Assembly: GCA_977018835.1 (NCBI GenBank)
Contig: OZ361256.1
Span: forward strand, 3,596,001 to 3,660,000
DNA: 64,000 nt
From: Minutocellus sp. GHC0000111
Taxonomy: Eukaryota
Direction: 5' to 3'
Part shown: positions 35,651 to 47,748 of the stretch, one piece after another
Layout of the letters: each line of letters starts with the position of its first letter
How positions within the stretch are numbered: the stretch's first letter is position 1
The notes under the pieces: generated by a model
What the model was told of the DNA's origin: nothing
Seen by the model: only the letters and a program-made list of their open reading frames with translations
Databases searched by the model: none
Made by a program: the position numbers and the translations under genes

Positions 35651-36371
35651 CTAGTCAACGCATGCGCAGAAGATACGACACTGCCATATGCCGATGCCGC
35701 TGACGTTTGTGTTGGAAATTCTTGAGCGAAGCTTTTGCCGGCTGGCTCGCAAGCTCGCAATGTTCCCGCTTTTTTTGAACTGGTGCACTGGCCGACCACC
35801 GAGCATTTTCATCCGCGGGCGCGTGCTCTTTGTTACCCTCGTATTGCTCAGCAGTAGTGCTTCATCGCATTTCGAGCGAAAGCTAACGCTGAACAATGTC
35901 ATCTAGAGCGAACCTGGAGGAAGGCCAGCTCGGCTTCGTTCTCATCCCCCAAAACGATGCCATATTGTCGCAGCAAGTGACGCAGCGCATTTACTGGCCG
36001 GCCCTGATGTTCTCGTCACATGATGCGCTCCTTCGTGCCCTTCCCTTCTCCTGCGGTCAACGATCGTTCCAGACGGAATGGAAACACCACGAGATATTCT
36101 TCATAAGTATGTGAAAAAGAACTGGGTTGATCAGCCCGGAAGATGGGCCGGTGAAAATTGCACTTCTGTTGGGTACCGAAGTCCCTCCCTGCGCCACGCG
36201 AAGCTTCCCTGTCTGCCCTCAGGATATGCCAGCGGTCGCTGGCGGCGCAATGCACAAGCCATATGTCACGTTTAGCAAACACAACATGGGCGCATTTGCG
36301 AAGAACGAAAGATATGCCAGCAATAACCAATTTCAAGAAGCTGTGGACTTGGCCAAGCAGTACCTAGGTAC

Positions 36372-37388
36372 ATGGACAGGAGAGATTCTAAGTCGGCGTG
36401 TGCATCGTTGAAATGGCCAGTTTTCCCGAATGGTCTCTATCACGGCGCCGATCCGTGGGGGTACACAGTGGAAGGTGATTTATATTGGAATGGAGATTTT
36501 CATCGTGTTCCAGCGCTTCCATCAGAAGTTGAGCTTGAACAGTCGTATCCCACTTATAAGTTCCACCCCAGACCACCGATGAAGGAAACCTATGAGCAGA
36601 AGTCTTCCCGCATCCATCAGATGCAACTTTCGTCCTGTAAATTTGCCCAAATGAGAACAAAGGCAGCCAAACCCAGCGGAGTTAGCGAAAAAACAATTAG
36701 AAGAAGGGAGAAGATCGCGAAGGAGGCACTCGAAAAGACTGGCGAGATGCACTTATTCGAAGTGTTGATGGGGAAGATATGGGCGATGTCAAACGGATCA
36801 GGTTGGAGGGACACTATCCTGGTCACTCTGATTGACGAAGCTCGAGAGGAATGGAAGAATCGAAATGGCAGTTCAAATTCCGTCCGCGACGAAAGCTCTT
36901 TTCAAGGTTCAGTTGCGAGTGCTACTTTGTCTATGTCTGGCTCTGTCACGTCGACGAGTGTATCAACTGGTTCTCCTTCCAATCTCGATGGAACTGATAC
37001 AACTTCTGCATCCAACTCAGCCGTCAGCTCGCCTACCGCTGCTGCTCCCGCCCGAATCACTCCCGACAAGCCTCTGAATGATACTACTAGTACCAAGCCG
37101 GATAATAGCCCCTCGTCCCCATCTGGCGATGAAAATGCTCAACCCAAAAGCAAGAAGCAAAAAAGGGGCCGTCGAGAGGTTACCGATCTCGTCATAGCAC
37201 TGGTATGCAGGGTCCAGTACAAACGAACTTCGGAGCTGATCTCGGCGGAACGCTCGTACCGTTTGGACAGGTCGAGGAGGAGATCAGGGTGCTGGTGCTC
37301 AGTCATGTTGCTTGTGCTCGAACTAAAGTCTTGGCAGTGGCAATATGATACCGGCAAATATATATCAAGTAGATGGATAGGTAGGTGA
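36372..37388 (+). CDS. Hypothetical protein or degenerate ORF, Ser-rich with an NLS-like motif
   Basis: 338-aa ORF preceded by short fragmented ORFs (35900-36411); no family recognised. Confidence 0.3.
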   Translation: MDRRDSKSACASLKWPVFPNGLYHGADPWGYTVEGDLYWNGDFHRVPALPSEVELEQSYPTYKFHPRPPMKETYEQKSSRIHQMQLSSCKFAQMRTKAAKPSGVSEKTIRRREKIAKEALEKTGEMHLFEVLMGKIWAMSNGSGWRDTILVTLIDEAREEWKNRNGSSNSVRDESSFQGSVASATLSMSGSVTSTSVSTGSPSNLDGTDTTSASNSAVSSPTAAAPARITPDKPLNDTTSTKPDNSPSSPSGDENAQPKSKKQKRGRREVTDLVIALVCRVQYKRTSELISAERSYRLDRSRRRSGCWCSVMLLVLELKSWQWQYDTGKYISSRWIGR

Positions 37389-37787
37389 CAGTGGCATGAT
37401 ATGGCTGCTGGCTGAGCGAAAGTCACAAAGCACGTCAAGGAGCTGCATGTATGGCACCAGGCACCAGGTGCTCAGATCACGGCAGCCAGACAGTCACAAG
37501 GCAGGCAATTCAGCCAATCGAAGCAGGGCGGGCATCGAATGAATGAATGAAGGGCCGAGATCGAGAATTTGTGTACGAAACAAACAATTTGTGTATGAAT
37601 GACTCTGCCACGTCAAAAAGATATGTCTTTTCTCGAGGCCGCCGTCGCAACCGCGTCGCATCACCTCGTGCTTTGCTTGCTTGCCGCCGCGTGGTGATCA
37701 AAAACCAGCACAAGCCGACGTTGAGAACCCTGGCATCGATACCACTCCTCGCTCGTCCAATCCAACAACACCACAAAAAGAAAGGCA

Positions 37788-38246
37788 ATGAAGCTGTCCC
37801 TCGTCCTTGGCCTTGCGGTCCTCGCCTCCGCCGCCGAGCAGCAGCAAGAGCCCGAGCAAAACGCCGCACAAGCAGCTCCTCTCGAACCACTTTTCCCCGA
37901 CTCGCAGGACAAGGAGGAGCTGCGGATGCTCGAATACGAAATGCGAAGCGACAACGTATTCGCCCGCGACGGCGACATGGCCAGGGTGGACGCTGCAAGG
38001 GTGGACGCTGCCAGAATGGACGCTGCCAGAATGGACGCTGCCAGAATGGACGCCAGGGTCGATCACCGCGACCGGGACCTGGAATTCGACGCCGCCAAAA
38101 ACAAGAACGACGGGAAGAAGCCGCAGGGCCTTCGCATCGAGACGCGGAATTCGATGCTGCTGCTGCTGCCTCGGGGGAAGGAGAGCTGCTGGCGGACAGC
38201 GAGGATTTCAACTACTTTGGAGTTCCGATGCCCTAACTACATGTAA
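37788..38246 (+). CDS. Small secreted repeat protein with AR(M/V)DA pentapeptides; probable 3' frameshift
   Basis: Clear signal peptide MKLSLVLGLAVLASA. 15-bp tandem repeat at ~37977-38060. An alternative frame gives HRDAEFDAAAA, echoing the upstream HRDRDLEFDAAK. Confidence 0.6.
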   Translation: MKLSLVLGLAVLASAAEQQQEPEQNAAQAAPLEPLFPDSQDKEELRMLEYEMRSDNVFARDGDMARVDAARVDAARMDAARMDAARMDARVDHRDRDLEFDAAKNKNDGKKPQGLRIETRNSMLLLLPRGKESCWRTARISTTLEFRCPNYM

Positions 38247-39863
38247 CTGGTCCAGGAGCAGGAGAACTACGTAGACAATGCAAGAAGAGATTGCTGCACG
38301 CAATGCGCCACAAAATGTATATTTAGACTAGGGGCATTCTTTGCTGATTTGTAACATATATTTAGAGAATTATGCCATCCATTGATGCCGACCATGCATA
38401 AAAGCCATCCATTGATGCACCGTTTACTGCAGATGATGTTGAAATAGCCGTCAACGAATTGTCTCCCCGTTCAACTCAGAGCATCGAGGGTGCTGCCATG
38501 TCCCCTATGATCAACTCTCTTACTAATGCTACAGTAGCATCGGTAATAGCAACGGTCGAGGACGACACAGAAGTACCCGTGCCGAGAAGAACTACCAGGA
38601 GCCAATCAACCAGACTTAATCTGGCAGCTACCTTGGAAAGCTTCGTACCGGCCAACAATCCTAACGCTTGGAGAGACCGTGACCTCGAGTAGACCTACGT
38701 GTACTGACCTTCACCTCACCTTCACTCAATCTTGCCCTACAATGCTTGCAATTGCGATTTTTCGTTTATGTTGTTGATGTTCGTTCTTACTGATGCAAAT
38801 GAGGCTACCTATTCAATTGAATTTGGTTCTAACTTTTCATTATGATAGATAGATTTAAGCTATGTTTAGCGGGACGAACCACCACCACCACCATGACACA
38901 CCGTCCATGCATGCACGTTTAAAGTTGCGAATCGTCATCAGGTGTCTTTCGAGCTAGTGGATCGGTGTGTCAACAGGAAAGCAACAACTCCTAAGGAGCC
39001 AATCAGCCAGACTTAACCTGGCAGCTGCCTCTGGCAAAAAAGGGGTGCCGCATATGCCGGTTAGATTACAAGACAAGGGCAGCCAGTGGGAAATGCCCAG
39101 GTAAAAATGGCAAGGAGAAACGGAAAAGTTGCAAGAAACCGTTCAATTCATGTACAAGCAGAATTCCAGAACTGCTCCTCGAGTCTCGATGTGGAGAAGA
39201 AGGATCCGAGACGGCGTGGAAGAATCAGACGAGATGCGGTTCACCCGTGAGGGATGTTGCCTTCTTTAATCTTGAAAATCTCCGAACCCCTACACCAAAG
39301 AGTCGAACTGCGTTTGATATATGTTCCGGCCAAAACTGGATAGTCGAACGTGGTAACAGTGCACGAAGAAGACCAAGAGCGTTCCAGGCCTTTCAGATCA
39401 AATTGAAGATTGGCTTGGTGAACTTCTGTCGAACTGGGAAGGAAGAAAAGTCGGCCATCCTAAAAGAGTTGCACAGTCAAATTTCGTCCGCATTGATATC
39501 ATCGAAATGCACCGCCTACGTCAAGGCATATAGCATCGACATTGCTCTCAAGGTGGCTCCAAATTGTGATAGTAGGGGGAGGGCTGAAGGGAAAAGGCGA
39601 CTACAACACGAGAACGTATGCAATTTCGCATCAGATGACATCACTACCGTGACAGTAGTATTCTCCGGGCAAGCAAGCAACACAACCTTGATCCCGGTCA
39701 AAATTCCAATCAAGAGCAGCGGCACTAGACGTCTCGTACTGCGGGATGTGTCTCATTCTCATCCTGTTGCGCGCAAGGAATACATGTACGAGCGACCACG
39801 CGAGACGGATATAAGGACGATGGAACAGAAAAAGACGAACGAAGGGGCGAAGAGGAAAGGCAT

Positions 39864-42341
39864 TTGAATGAAGAGTGTTGCGACGGCAGGTTACAAGATA
39901 TCGGCATTGTTGGGGGGACAGAAGGGGCGGGTTGTTACATTGTCGAACGCAATGGAGAAGAAGCCAGCGAAAGTCCAAGTGGGAGTCCGTCGAAAGCGCC
40001 TAGTTCGATTCCGAGTACATCGCCAACGGGTGTGCCGTCTCCAAATCCCTCTGGTATCCCATCGATGATCCCGTCGAGGTTGCCATCGTCGCATCCGAGC
40101 GTCAACCCATCGTCGGAACCGAGCAACGTGCCGTCTTCGGAGCCTTCGGCATCACCAAGTAGTGCTCCTAGCAGACCGCCTTCCTTGGGACCTTCTTCAG
40201 GACCGAGTGCATCGCCGTCTTTGACTCCCAGCGTGCTGCCATCGTCGGAACCGACAAATACACCTAGCACCTCACCAAGTAGTGCTCCTAGCGGACCGCC
40301 TTCCTTGAGACCTTCTTCAGGACCGAGTGCATCGCCGTCTTTGACTCCCAGCGTGCTGCCATCGTCGGAACCGACAAATACACCTAGCACCTCACCAAGT
40401 AGTGCTCCTAGCGGACCGCCTTTCTTGAGACCTTCTTCAGGACCGAGTGCATCGCCGTCTTTGACTCCCAGCGTGCTGCCATCGTCGGAACCGACAAATA
40501 CACCTAGCACCTCTCCATCTATTGGACCGAGTTCCTCACCATCATCGATGCCTACTTTTGATCCCTCTGATGTACCGAGCGAAGTGCCGTCGTTGTTGCC
40601 CTCAAGAAACCCATCGGGCTCTCCATCGTTGGCTCCCTCGTCAAAGCCGAGCAGTTTTCCTACAAAGTTCCCTTCGTTTGGGCCGAGTTTGGAACCTTCA
40701 AGCCAGCCATCAAGCTCCCCGTCATTGTCGCCGTCTTCACAACCGAGCAAAACTCCCTCTTCTTGGCCTTCTGCAGGGCCCAGTTTGGGACCGACAGTTC
40801 AGCCGAGTGGTGTTCCCAGCAAAGTACCGAGCGACATGCCGTCTCTGGAGCCCTCAAGCTCCCCCCCGAGCTCTCCATCATTGTTGCCATCACCAGCTCC
40901 GACAAAGACCCCGACTCCCGAGCCCACTCCTCCGCCCACGCTGTCGCCGAGCACGTCTCCCACGAATAGCCCCGCAGACGATGCAACTTCCATGACTTCC
41001 AACATTACGGGATGCCTTGCATCATCGACTTGTGTCAACTCATTCACCGATCTGATTCAGTATGATAATTCCCCCCTTTTGCCCCAACTGCACATAAAAA
41101 TTTGCGGAGGATCCAACATTACAGTTGATAGACAGGTTCGTTTGTCGTCGGAGTCAATAGTCATGTGTTGTGGCGGGACAGACGCATGCACACTCCGAAG
41201 CAACGGGACGGACCGCATCCTCTTGGCCAATAGTGCCATATTTGTAGCAGATGGCATCACATTCATTGGAGGAATTGCGACCTCTCTCGAACCGTTTGAT
41301 ACTTCACTCCCTTATTCGTCGGGATTGTCTGGAGGGAATGTTGCCATAACATCGGGAGACAGCGATAGGATTGGTATAGTCTTGTTGAGAAACTGCGAGT
41401 TTCACAACGGTTATGCCCCAGATTTTGGCGGTAACATGTTCATCACAGTACCATCTGGCGGTACTATAACGCTCGAGGGTTGTGCTTTCATCGGTGGAAA
41501 AGCTTCTTTCGGCGGAGGGTTGGCACTTGCGGGCGGCGCTAGAAGCGCTGACATCTTCATTAACGACACCAGCTTTCACGGTAATGCTGCTTCACTCAGC
41601 ACAGCAATGGCAGAAGGCGGCGGATTGTATTATTATTCAGTATTTTTCGAATACTTTGATGGCAGCTCCCCTGCAGTTAATTCATCCATCACGATATTTC
41701 AATCAGATTTCAGCGAGAACAGGGCTGACAATGGCGGCGGCCTAGCTTGCATAGCAGACCTTGTTGAATCTGGCGAAGCACCGATTGGACACCAAGATGG
41801 CCTTACCAGCCGAATGTCGTTGCAAAAGTCAACTTTTAGAAATAATTATGCAGCAAATGCAGGCGGCGGTGCGTACATTTTTGGTGCCAAAAATTTGACA
41901 ATCGATCAATCGAACTTTGTTGGCAACAGAGGTTTCTATGGAGGAGGTTTCATTGCTACACAGCTTGGCGAGCTGCCTAAACTGACATTGTTGAACTCTG
42001 TATATGAAGATAATCAAGGTGGCGCGGCGGAGATCTTTTTGTACGATAAGGCAGCCAATATGCGGATAGCTGGCAACAGTGGAACGAACAACACGGAGTT
42101 ACGACCCTTGACCGAACCATACTATGATGAATACTGTAAAGGGTTTCACTTTTTCCTTTTTTCTTCTAATTGTTGCTTGCCGGAGGATGTGGCTGCAGTC
42201 GGGCCGTCCCTTGAAGTGTGTGAATTCTTTTATGAACCCTATGCTGCAAACATTTCGACGATTCCACTTATGACGAAATGCGTTTTGGCTGCGACGGGAG
42301 AAGAGTGCCACGCAAATATACTCCACGGGAGGACTCTCTAG
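39864..42341 (+). CDS. Extracellular Ser/Pro (xxPS) mucin-like stalk plus parallel beta-helix (pectin-lyase/Pmp-like) domain; true 5' end probably upstream
   Basis: About 340 aa of PSxx repeats, then recurring FxxNxA..GGG/GGA motifs. The upstream ORF 39247-39867 has RRL motifs and may be part of the same gene. Confidence 0.7.
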   Translation: MNEECCDGRLQDIGIVGGTEGAGCYIVERNGEEASESPSGSPSKAPSSIPSTSPTGVPSPNPSGIPSMIPSRLPSSHPSVNPSSEPSNVPSSEPSASPSSAPSRPPSLGPSSGPSASPSLTPSVLPSSEPTNTPSTSPSSAPSGPPSLRPSSGPSASPSLTPSVLPSSEPTNTPSTSPSSAPSGPPFLRPSSGPSASPSLTPSVLPSSEPTNTPSTSPSIGPSSSPSSMPTFDPSDVPSEVPSLLPSRNPSGSPSLAPSSKPSSFPTKFPSFGPSLEPSSQPSSSPSLSPSSQPSKTPSSWPSAGPSLGPTVQPSGVPSKVPSDMPSLEPSSSPPSSPSLLPSPAPTKTPTPEPTPPPTLSPSTSPTNSPADDATSMTSNITGCLASSTCVNSFTDLIQYDNSPLLPQLHIKICGGSNITVDRQVRLSSESIVMCCGGTDACTLRSNGTDRILLANSAIFVADGITFIGGIATSLEPFDTSLPYSSGLSGGNVAITSGDSDRIGIVLLRNCEFHNGYAPDFGGNMFITVPSGGTITLEGCAFIGGKASFGGGLALAGGARSADIFINDTSFHGNAASLSTAMAEGGGLYYYSVFFEYFDGSSPAVNSSITIFQSDFSENRADNGGGLACIADLVESGEAPIGHQDGLTSRMSLQKSTFRNNYAANAGGGAYIFGAKNLTIDQSNFVGNRGFYGGGFIATQLGELPKLTLLNSVYEDNQGGAAEIFLYDKAANMRIAGNSGTNNTELRPLTEPYYDEYCKGFHFFLFSSNCCLPEDVAAVGPSLEVCEFFYEPYAANISTIPLMTKCVLAATGEECHANILHGRTL
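40152..40515 (+). repeat. Coding tandem repeat, 120-bp unit x3
   Basis: The 60-mers at 40201, 40321 and 40441 are identical. The unit encodes SPSSAPSGPPSLRPSSGPSASPSLTPSVLPSSEPTNTPST. Confidence 0.95.
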
Positions 42342-42553
42342 ATCTAGATCTAGTTTGGCCTGATGAGTTGTGTTATGTGTGCGTTTCGTTATTCATGTGT
42401 TGACAATTTCCCTGGGACATGTAAAATGCATGGTTTAAAGAAAGATCTACAATCACTATAATAGTACCACTAAAATTAGATGTACAATAAATATTTACCC
42501 TGAAATGATGATTAAATCTACAGTACCGAGCGTCCAGACTACCACATTGCAAT

Positions 42554-45535
42554 CTAAATACCATCCTCGTCCATTCCGCCCATGCCATCGTCAACAATAG
42601 AGTCCTGGGCATAGTACATGTCAAGGATCTGATCGGCGGTGGTGGCCTGCTCGGGCTTCTTGTCGGGTCGGACACGCTCGAAGCGGGGGAATCGCAAGCC
42701 GATGCCACGTCCAGCCTCACCCGTCTTGTCCACGGCGCCCTTGTGCGTCGAGGACATGGACAGATCGGCGGCCTTGACCTCCCAAACTTGGACGGCATCG
42801 AACCAAACGCCACATTCCAAAGTATCAGAGACGTTGTATTGCGAGCTCTTCTCCTCAATGATGTGTTCATTGAGATTCTTGGCAAGAGTCTTGAGATCTT
42901 CGTCGCTGAAACCAGTACCGATCTTGCAGACCGACTGGAATTCCTCGGAATCTTCATCGTACACAGCTAGCAGATAGGCTCCGTAGACGCCAGTACGCTT
43001 GCCTCGGCCGTGGAAGGCACCGATGGGGACCAGGTCGACGGAGTCTCCAAGACCCTCCAGATAATCCTTCTTGAGCTTGAGCCAGTTGAGAGAACGCTCG
43101 GAAGGCTTGTAGATGGCATTGACGTCGAGGGTCTTGACCATCAAACCCTCGCACTGGTTCTTGACGGCCGTATCAAGGAATTCCTCCAGAACGGTAGTGT
43201 CACCGTCCTCAGTATGATCCAGGTACGTGGCAAACTGGAACTTGCCATCAACGGCCTTGAAATTCTTGTGCATGAGCTCCCGACGTTCGGCGAGGGTATG
43301 GCCCAGGAGGGATTCACCGTTCAGATACATCAGATCGAAGGCCTGAACGATGACGGCAACCTTGGCGGTGGCGGCCGACTCCTCCGTCTTCTTCCGGGTC
43401 GACAAGATCTGGAAGGGCACGAACTGCTTGGTCTCGTTGTTGAAGGCCACCACCTCGGTGTCCAGAACGAAGCTCTTGACGCCGGTATCGGCACAGGCCT
43501 CCTTGACGTAGAGCGGGACCTCGGGATACTTCTCGCTGGTATCGAGGAGATTGCGCGAGAAGACCTTGGTGGCACCCTCGGGAGTCATGTGGACCTGAGC
43601 ACGCTCACCGTCGTACTTGTACTCGCACGTGAAGCGGATGCCATTGAGACGTTTGAGGACCTCCTGAACACTCTTGGTGGGCTTGGCAAGCATGGGGGCG
43701 ACGGGAACGCCGGGACGGAGCTTGCAGGCCTCGTGCATCTGTTGCAGTGGGACGCTGAGGGCGGCATCCAGAATGGAATCAAACGATGGGACCTCCGAAT
43801 AGGCCTTCTTGACAATATTGACGGCCGCCTCGAGACGGTCCGACAGTGCCAACCGCTCGTTGCACAGCTTCTGGCCCTCGGTGGGCATCTTGGTCACATC
43901 CTCCTTGTCGAATCCCTCGTCGAGCTTGTTCTGCACCTCCTTGGGCGGGGTGAGCAGAATGGCATGGGCCAAGGAAACCAAAACGGTGCTCTGGGCCAGA
44001 CCAATGCGAAGCTTGCCCTGCAACCCACGGATGATGTACTTGGCCTCCTCTCCGGACTGGCACCGAACGAGAAGCTTCTTGATCTCCTCGACCTTCCACT
44101 TTTGCGACTGATTGCCCGTCGTGGTGGCCTAGGATCGATGTTAATGGGGTGCAAAATGCGATACGATAGTCGGTGAGTTAAAGCAAATAGCAAAATATAA
44201 TATCATGAGCGCAGACTCCCAACCAACCAAACCAATTCAAACAAAACTTACAATCTTCTTGAAGGCCGCGAGTACCTCCTTGGCCAGCAACGGTTTGGGT
44301 TTGATGCCGAACCCCAACGTCCGCTGCTTGGCCTTGGCGCTGCTCGCCACCGTGCCCAAATCCCCCTCGCTCTCGTACTTGGTCTTGACCATGTTAGGTG
44401 CTGTACCGCTCGCCTCGCCGATGGCCTTGATCAGGATGCTGTCACCGACACCCAGTTCAATACATTCGTAGGCCGGTGCCACACTATTACTGGCCAGATA
44501 AATCAACTGGTACATGTCGGTCGGGTTGCGCAGTATTGTCTTGCGAAACAACGTGGTCAACGACTGCTGAATGTCGAGCCGAGACGAGATGGATTCGATG
44601 TGCGCAAAGGTCGCGCAGAGGGCGGCGTACGGGACGGCCGTGCCGGTCTTCCACGGGTGGGTATCGGTGGATAGGAGCTGGTCGTTGGACAGCATGCCGT
44701 TGGCGACGGCGTCGGACTTTTTCTTTCCGGCAGTGCTGGCGGAAGTGGAGGAGGTGGAGTGCTTGAGTACCTGGTTGATGGACTTCTTGCTCTTGGCGTC
44801 GGCCTTGGTGGATTTGGCTGAGGGCTTGGCATCCTCAGCTTCCTCGTCGGAATCGGCCATGAGGTCATCGTCATCCTCATCCTCGTCGCCGCTGGGCTCA
44901 AAGTCGTCCTCCTCCTCCTCCTTCTTTGCGGTCTTCTCAGCCTTCTTACTCTCAAGTTTCTTGGCATCGGCCTCTTCGACCTCCATCGGCTCGGCCTTCG
45001 CCTCCTCCTTCTTAGTGGCATCACCTGCGGTACTGTCGTAGTCGTTACCATCATCGTCTTCGGAATCGGAATCCTCGACGACCCTCCGCTTCTTCTTGCC
45101 GCTGCCGCCGCCGGTGGTGCTGTTATTGGCAGATGCAACCGACCCGGACTTCTTATCGGCCGACCGCTTGCCGGTCACCGGCTTGTCCTCAGCGGCCTCG
45201 TCGTCGGTGTCCATCAGCTGTTCGTCGGCCTTTGGGGCCTTGGCCGCCGGCGCCGCCTTGTCGGCCGACTTGGCCTCCGCAGCGACCGCCGGCTTCTTGC
45301 CCAGCACCGCCACCGCCTCGTCCTTCTCGACGGGAGGGGAGTTACCGATGTTCTCCTTGGCCTTGGACGGGGAATCGTCCTTGTTGGCATCGGCAGCATT
45401 TGCACCGCTGCCGGCGGCGGACTTGGACTTGCCGGAGGCGGCAGAGCTGCCGCCAAAGTTGAGCTTGGTCTGCTTCTTGCCTCCTCCGCCGCCCCCGCCG
45501 AAGAAGGAGTCGAGGCTGGACTGCTGCTTCGACAT
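42554..45535 (-). CDS. LIG1: DNA ligase I (ATP-dependent)
   Basis: Exons 45535-44252 and 44128-42554. N-terminal PIP box QSSLDSFF; CEYKYDGERAQ; EGLMVK; WLKLKKDY; LRFPRF. Confidence 0.97.
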
Positions 45536-45942
45536 GCTTTGCTGTGTATACTACTAATATGCTATATCTTTTGACGTGCCAAGGCAGGGAGGCAAGCAAT
45601 ATGCTTCTCTGGCTGATGGGAGGCCCAAGCAGGCAGCGGCGGCAACAATAATGAGCACATCTTGCGGCTTGCTGTTGCCGCGTTGCCAGAACTGGTTTTT
45701 GCCGCGCAAGCCGGCCGGCCATTTGGCGCCAAAAATAACAATACGACAAAGATTTGAATTTTGATGTATTCTTTGACACAAATTTTGGTATTGATGGAGC
45801 ATTGCACCCGTTGGGGCTTGGGCGGCGCGGTTTGCGCCACAGCCAAAAATTTTCATGATAAAGTCAGGTGCTCGAAGCTGCAGAACGCAAACTCTTGACC
45901 TCGAATCTGACGAGGCCTTGATCGCCGAGCACATTCGCAACC

Positions 45943-47019
45943 ATGGCAAAGTCCAACAATACCAATACCAATACCAATACCAAGTCTGCCGTACTAGTAG
46001 GCGACGGCAAGGCCAACAAGAAGCGCTCGGCGGCCGAGGAAGATGCCAAGAAATTCAAAAAGGCCAAGCCTTCGGTTTGCAAGGCGGCCGAGGAACTGGT
46101 TTGTCCCATCTTGCAGGGCCTGCCGATCGATCCCGTGACGGCCGAGGATGTGAGTTTATGTTCATGCTTCTTATTGATTACAGTAGTTTTGGGTGAGATG
46201 TGTCGCTTTGGATTTCGGTGCGCACACTGACGCTTTGCATTTTGCAATTAATTTGCCGGCTCCTTGCATTTTTACATACAGGGACAAATTTACGAGCGGG
46301 AGGAAATTGCCAAATATCTGAAGAAGGAGGGCAACGCCGCTAGTTCGCCCGTCACGAGGGAAAAATTCAAGAATAAGGCGCTATTTCCATCCATCCACGT
46401 GCGCAACACCATCGAACATCTCGTGGAGAGCGGCATCATCGAGGGTGAGCTAGCTGATACGTGGAAGGAGCGGATGGCGGAGAAGAGGGAGTCGGAATCG
46501 ATGGTCAAGGAGCTGACAGAAAAAGCAAACAGCGGTGATTTCGAGTCAATGTACAAACTCGCTCTTTGTTATTCATACGGCAGGTATGGTTTCAAAAAGA
46601 ACAAGAAAGAAGGTTACAAATGGGCAAAAAAATCTGCCGACGGGCATAATGTGAAGGGCATGGCATTTACCGGACACTGCCTTCTTGAAGGGAGGGGAGT
46701 AGCGGCAAACACATCAGAAGGCCTCATTCTAGTTTCGCTCGCAGCAGGACAGGGATCGAAAGGTTCGTGCAAAATTCTTGGCAGTATGTATTTCAAGGGC
46801 CGGCACGGCGTGCAACAAAATTTCAGCACCGCTAAGTATTGGTTCGAAAAGACGTTAGCCGGGCTAGAAGGAGAAGAGGCTGTAGACAATCGCGATATAA
46901 CGCGTTCCTCAGTGGAAAGGGCCCGCAGGCATCTAAAGGAAATCGAGGCCCTTGAAACTGCTGACACTGATGGTGCTGTTGCTGGCAATTCGGATGATGA
47001 TGATGACGATGGATGGTAG
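45943..47019 (+). CDS. U-box + Sel1-repeat protein, copy A
   Basis: Exons 45943-46149 and 46282-47019. LVCPILQGLPIDPVTAED/GQIYEREEI...SPVTRE (U-box); Sel1 repeats (LALCYSYG.YG, LG.MYFKG, AKYWFEK). Confidence 0.85.
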
Positions 47020-47153
47020 CGAAGGGGAGGACGATGAATAAATTGAGCAAGCCTTTCGGCGCACAAATTTTTAGTTTTGAAAATTTTCTACGACAGGAAA
47101 CTATTTCAAATTCTATTGCTCAGTCTCACAGCAGAACAAGTTTTAGTTATACG

Positions 47154-47444
47154 ATGATGATGCAGCATGTCCCTCCCCGTTCTCCCGTGCGCGTGAGCAC
47201 CAATCCCAACAACTGGAGAAAGACCTCCACGTACAAGCCTGTCCGCCACGGAAGAGGAATGACCTCGTCCGCTGCCCGCGTCCGTATCGACCGAAACGGA
47301 ACGGTCGTTCGCGGTGCAGAATTGAAGAGATCGGCTGTGCGCGTTCGCGTTGGAGATCCAGCTAATCCTTGCTCGGAGCTCCTCGTTGCATTCATCCTCT
47401 TCCTCGTTCTGTTCTGGATTGCTGTCTGGTTTTCAGTCTGGTAG
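47154..47444 (+). CDS. Small basic tail-anchored membrane protein, copy A (96 aa)
   Basis: C-terminal TM segment LLVAFILFLVLFWIAVWFSVW; paralogue at 52229. Confidence 0.6.
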   Translation: MMMQHVPPRSPVRVSTNPNNWRKTSTYKPVRHGRGMTSSAARVRIDRNGTVVRGAELKRSAVRVRVGDPANPCSELLVAFILFLVLFWIAVWFSVW

Positions 47445-47748
47445 CTACAAGATAGTGAGCTCCGGGGCAGTACTACCTGTAGAATCCCGTACTATTCTTT
47501 GACGAGGAGTCGCCGAGGGACGGCAACGCTAGTAGTAGATTCTAGCTAAAGAAATCCTAAGAAGTAGCTTGAATTTCCCACCACCTTATTGTATACTACT
47601 TCTAGAGGATCGGATTGTCACCCAAAATATTGACTTGCTTTACAGATCGATATCGACAAATCATACATTCAGCACACCAAACGAGCGAGAATCTGCCTTC
47701 AATAGTCCCCTTCATCATGGTCCTCATCGCCATCCTCTCTCATACTCG

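Noticed and set aside
40152..40515. Regularly spaced identical repeats suggesting a CRISPR array
   Set aside because: Head-to-tail 120-bp coding units with no unique spacers and no cas genes, in a eukaryotic context.
39935..40750. Gly/Asp/Glu-rich minus-strand ORF (likewise 59795-60184)
   Set aside because: Antisense reading of PS repeats.
43010..44176. 388-aa plus-strand ORF
   Set aside because: Antisense shadow of the strongly codon-biased LIG1.
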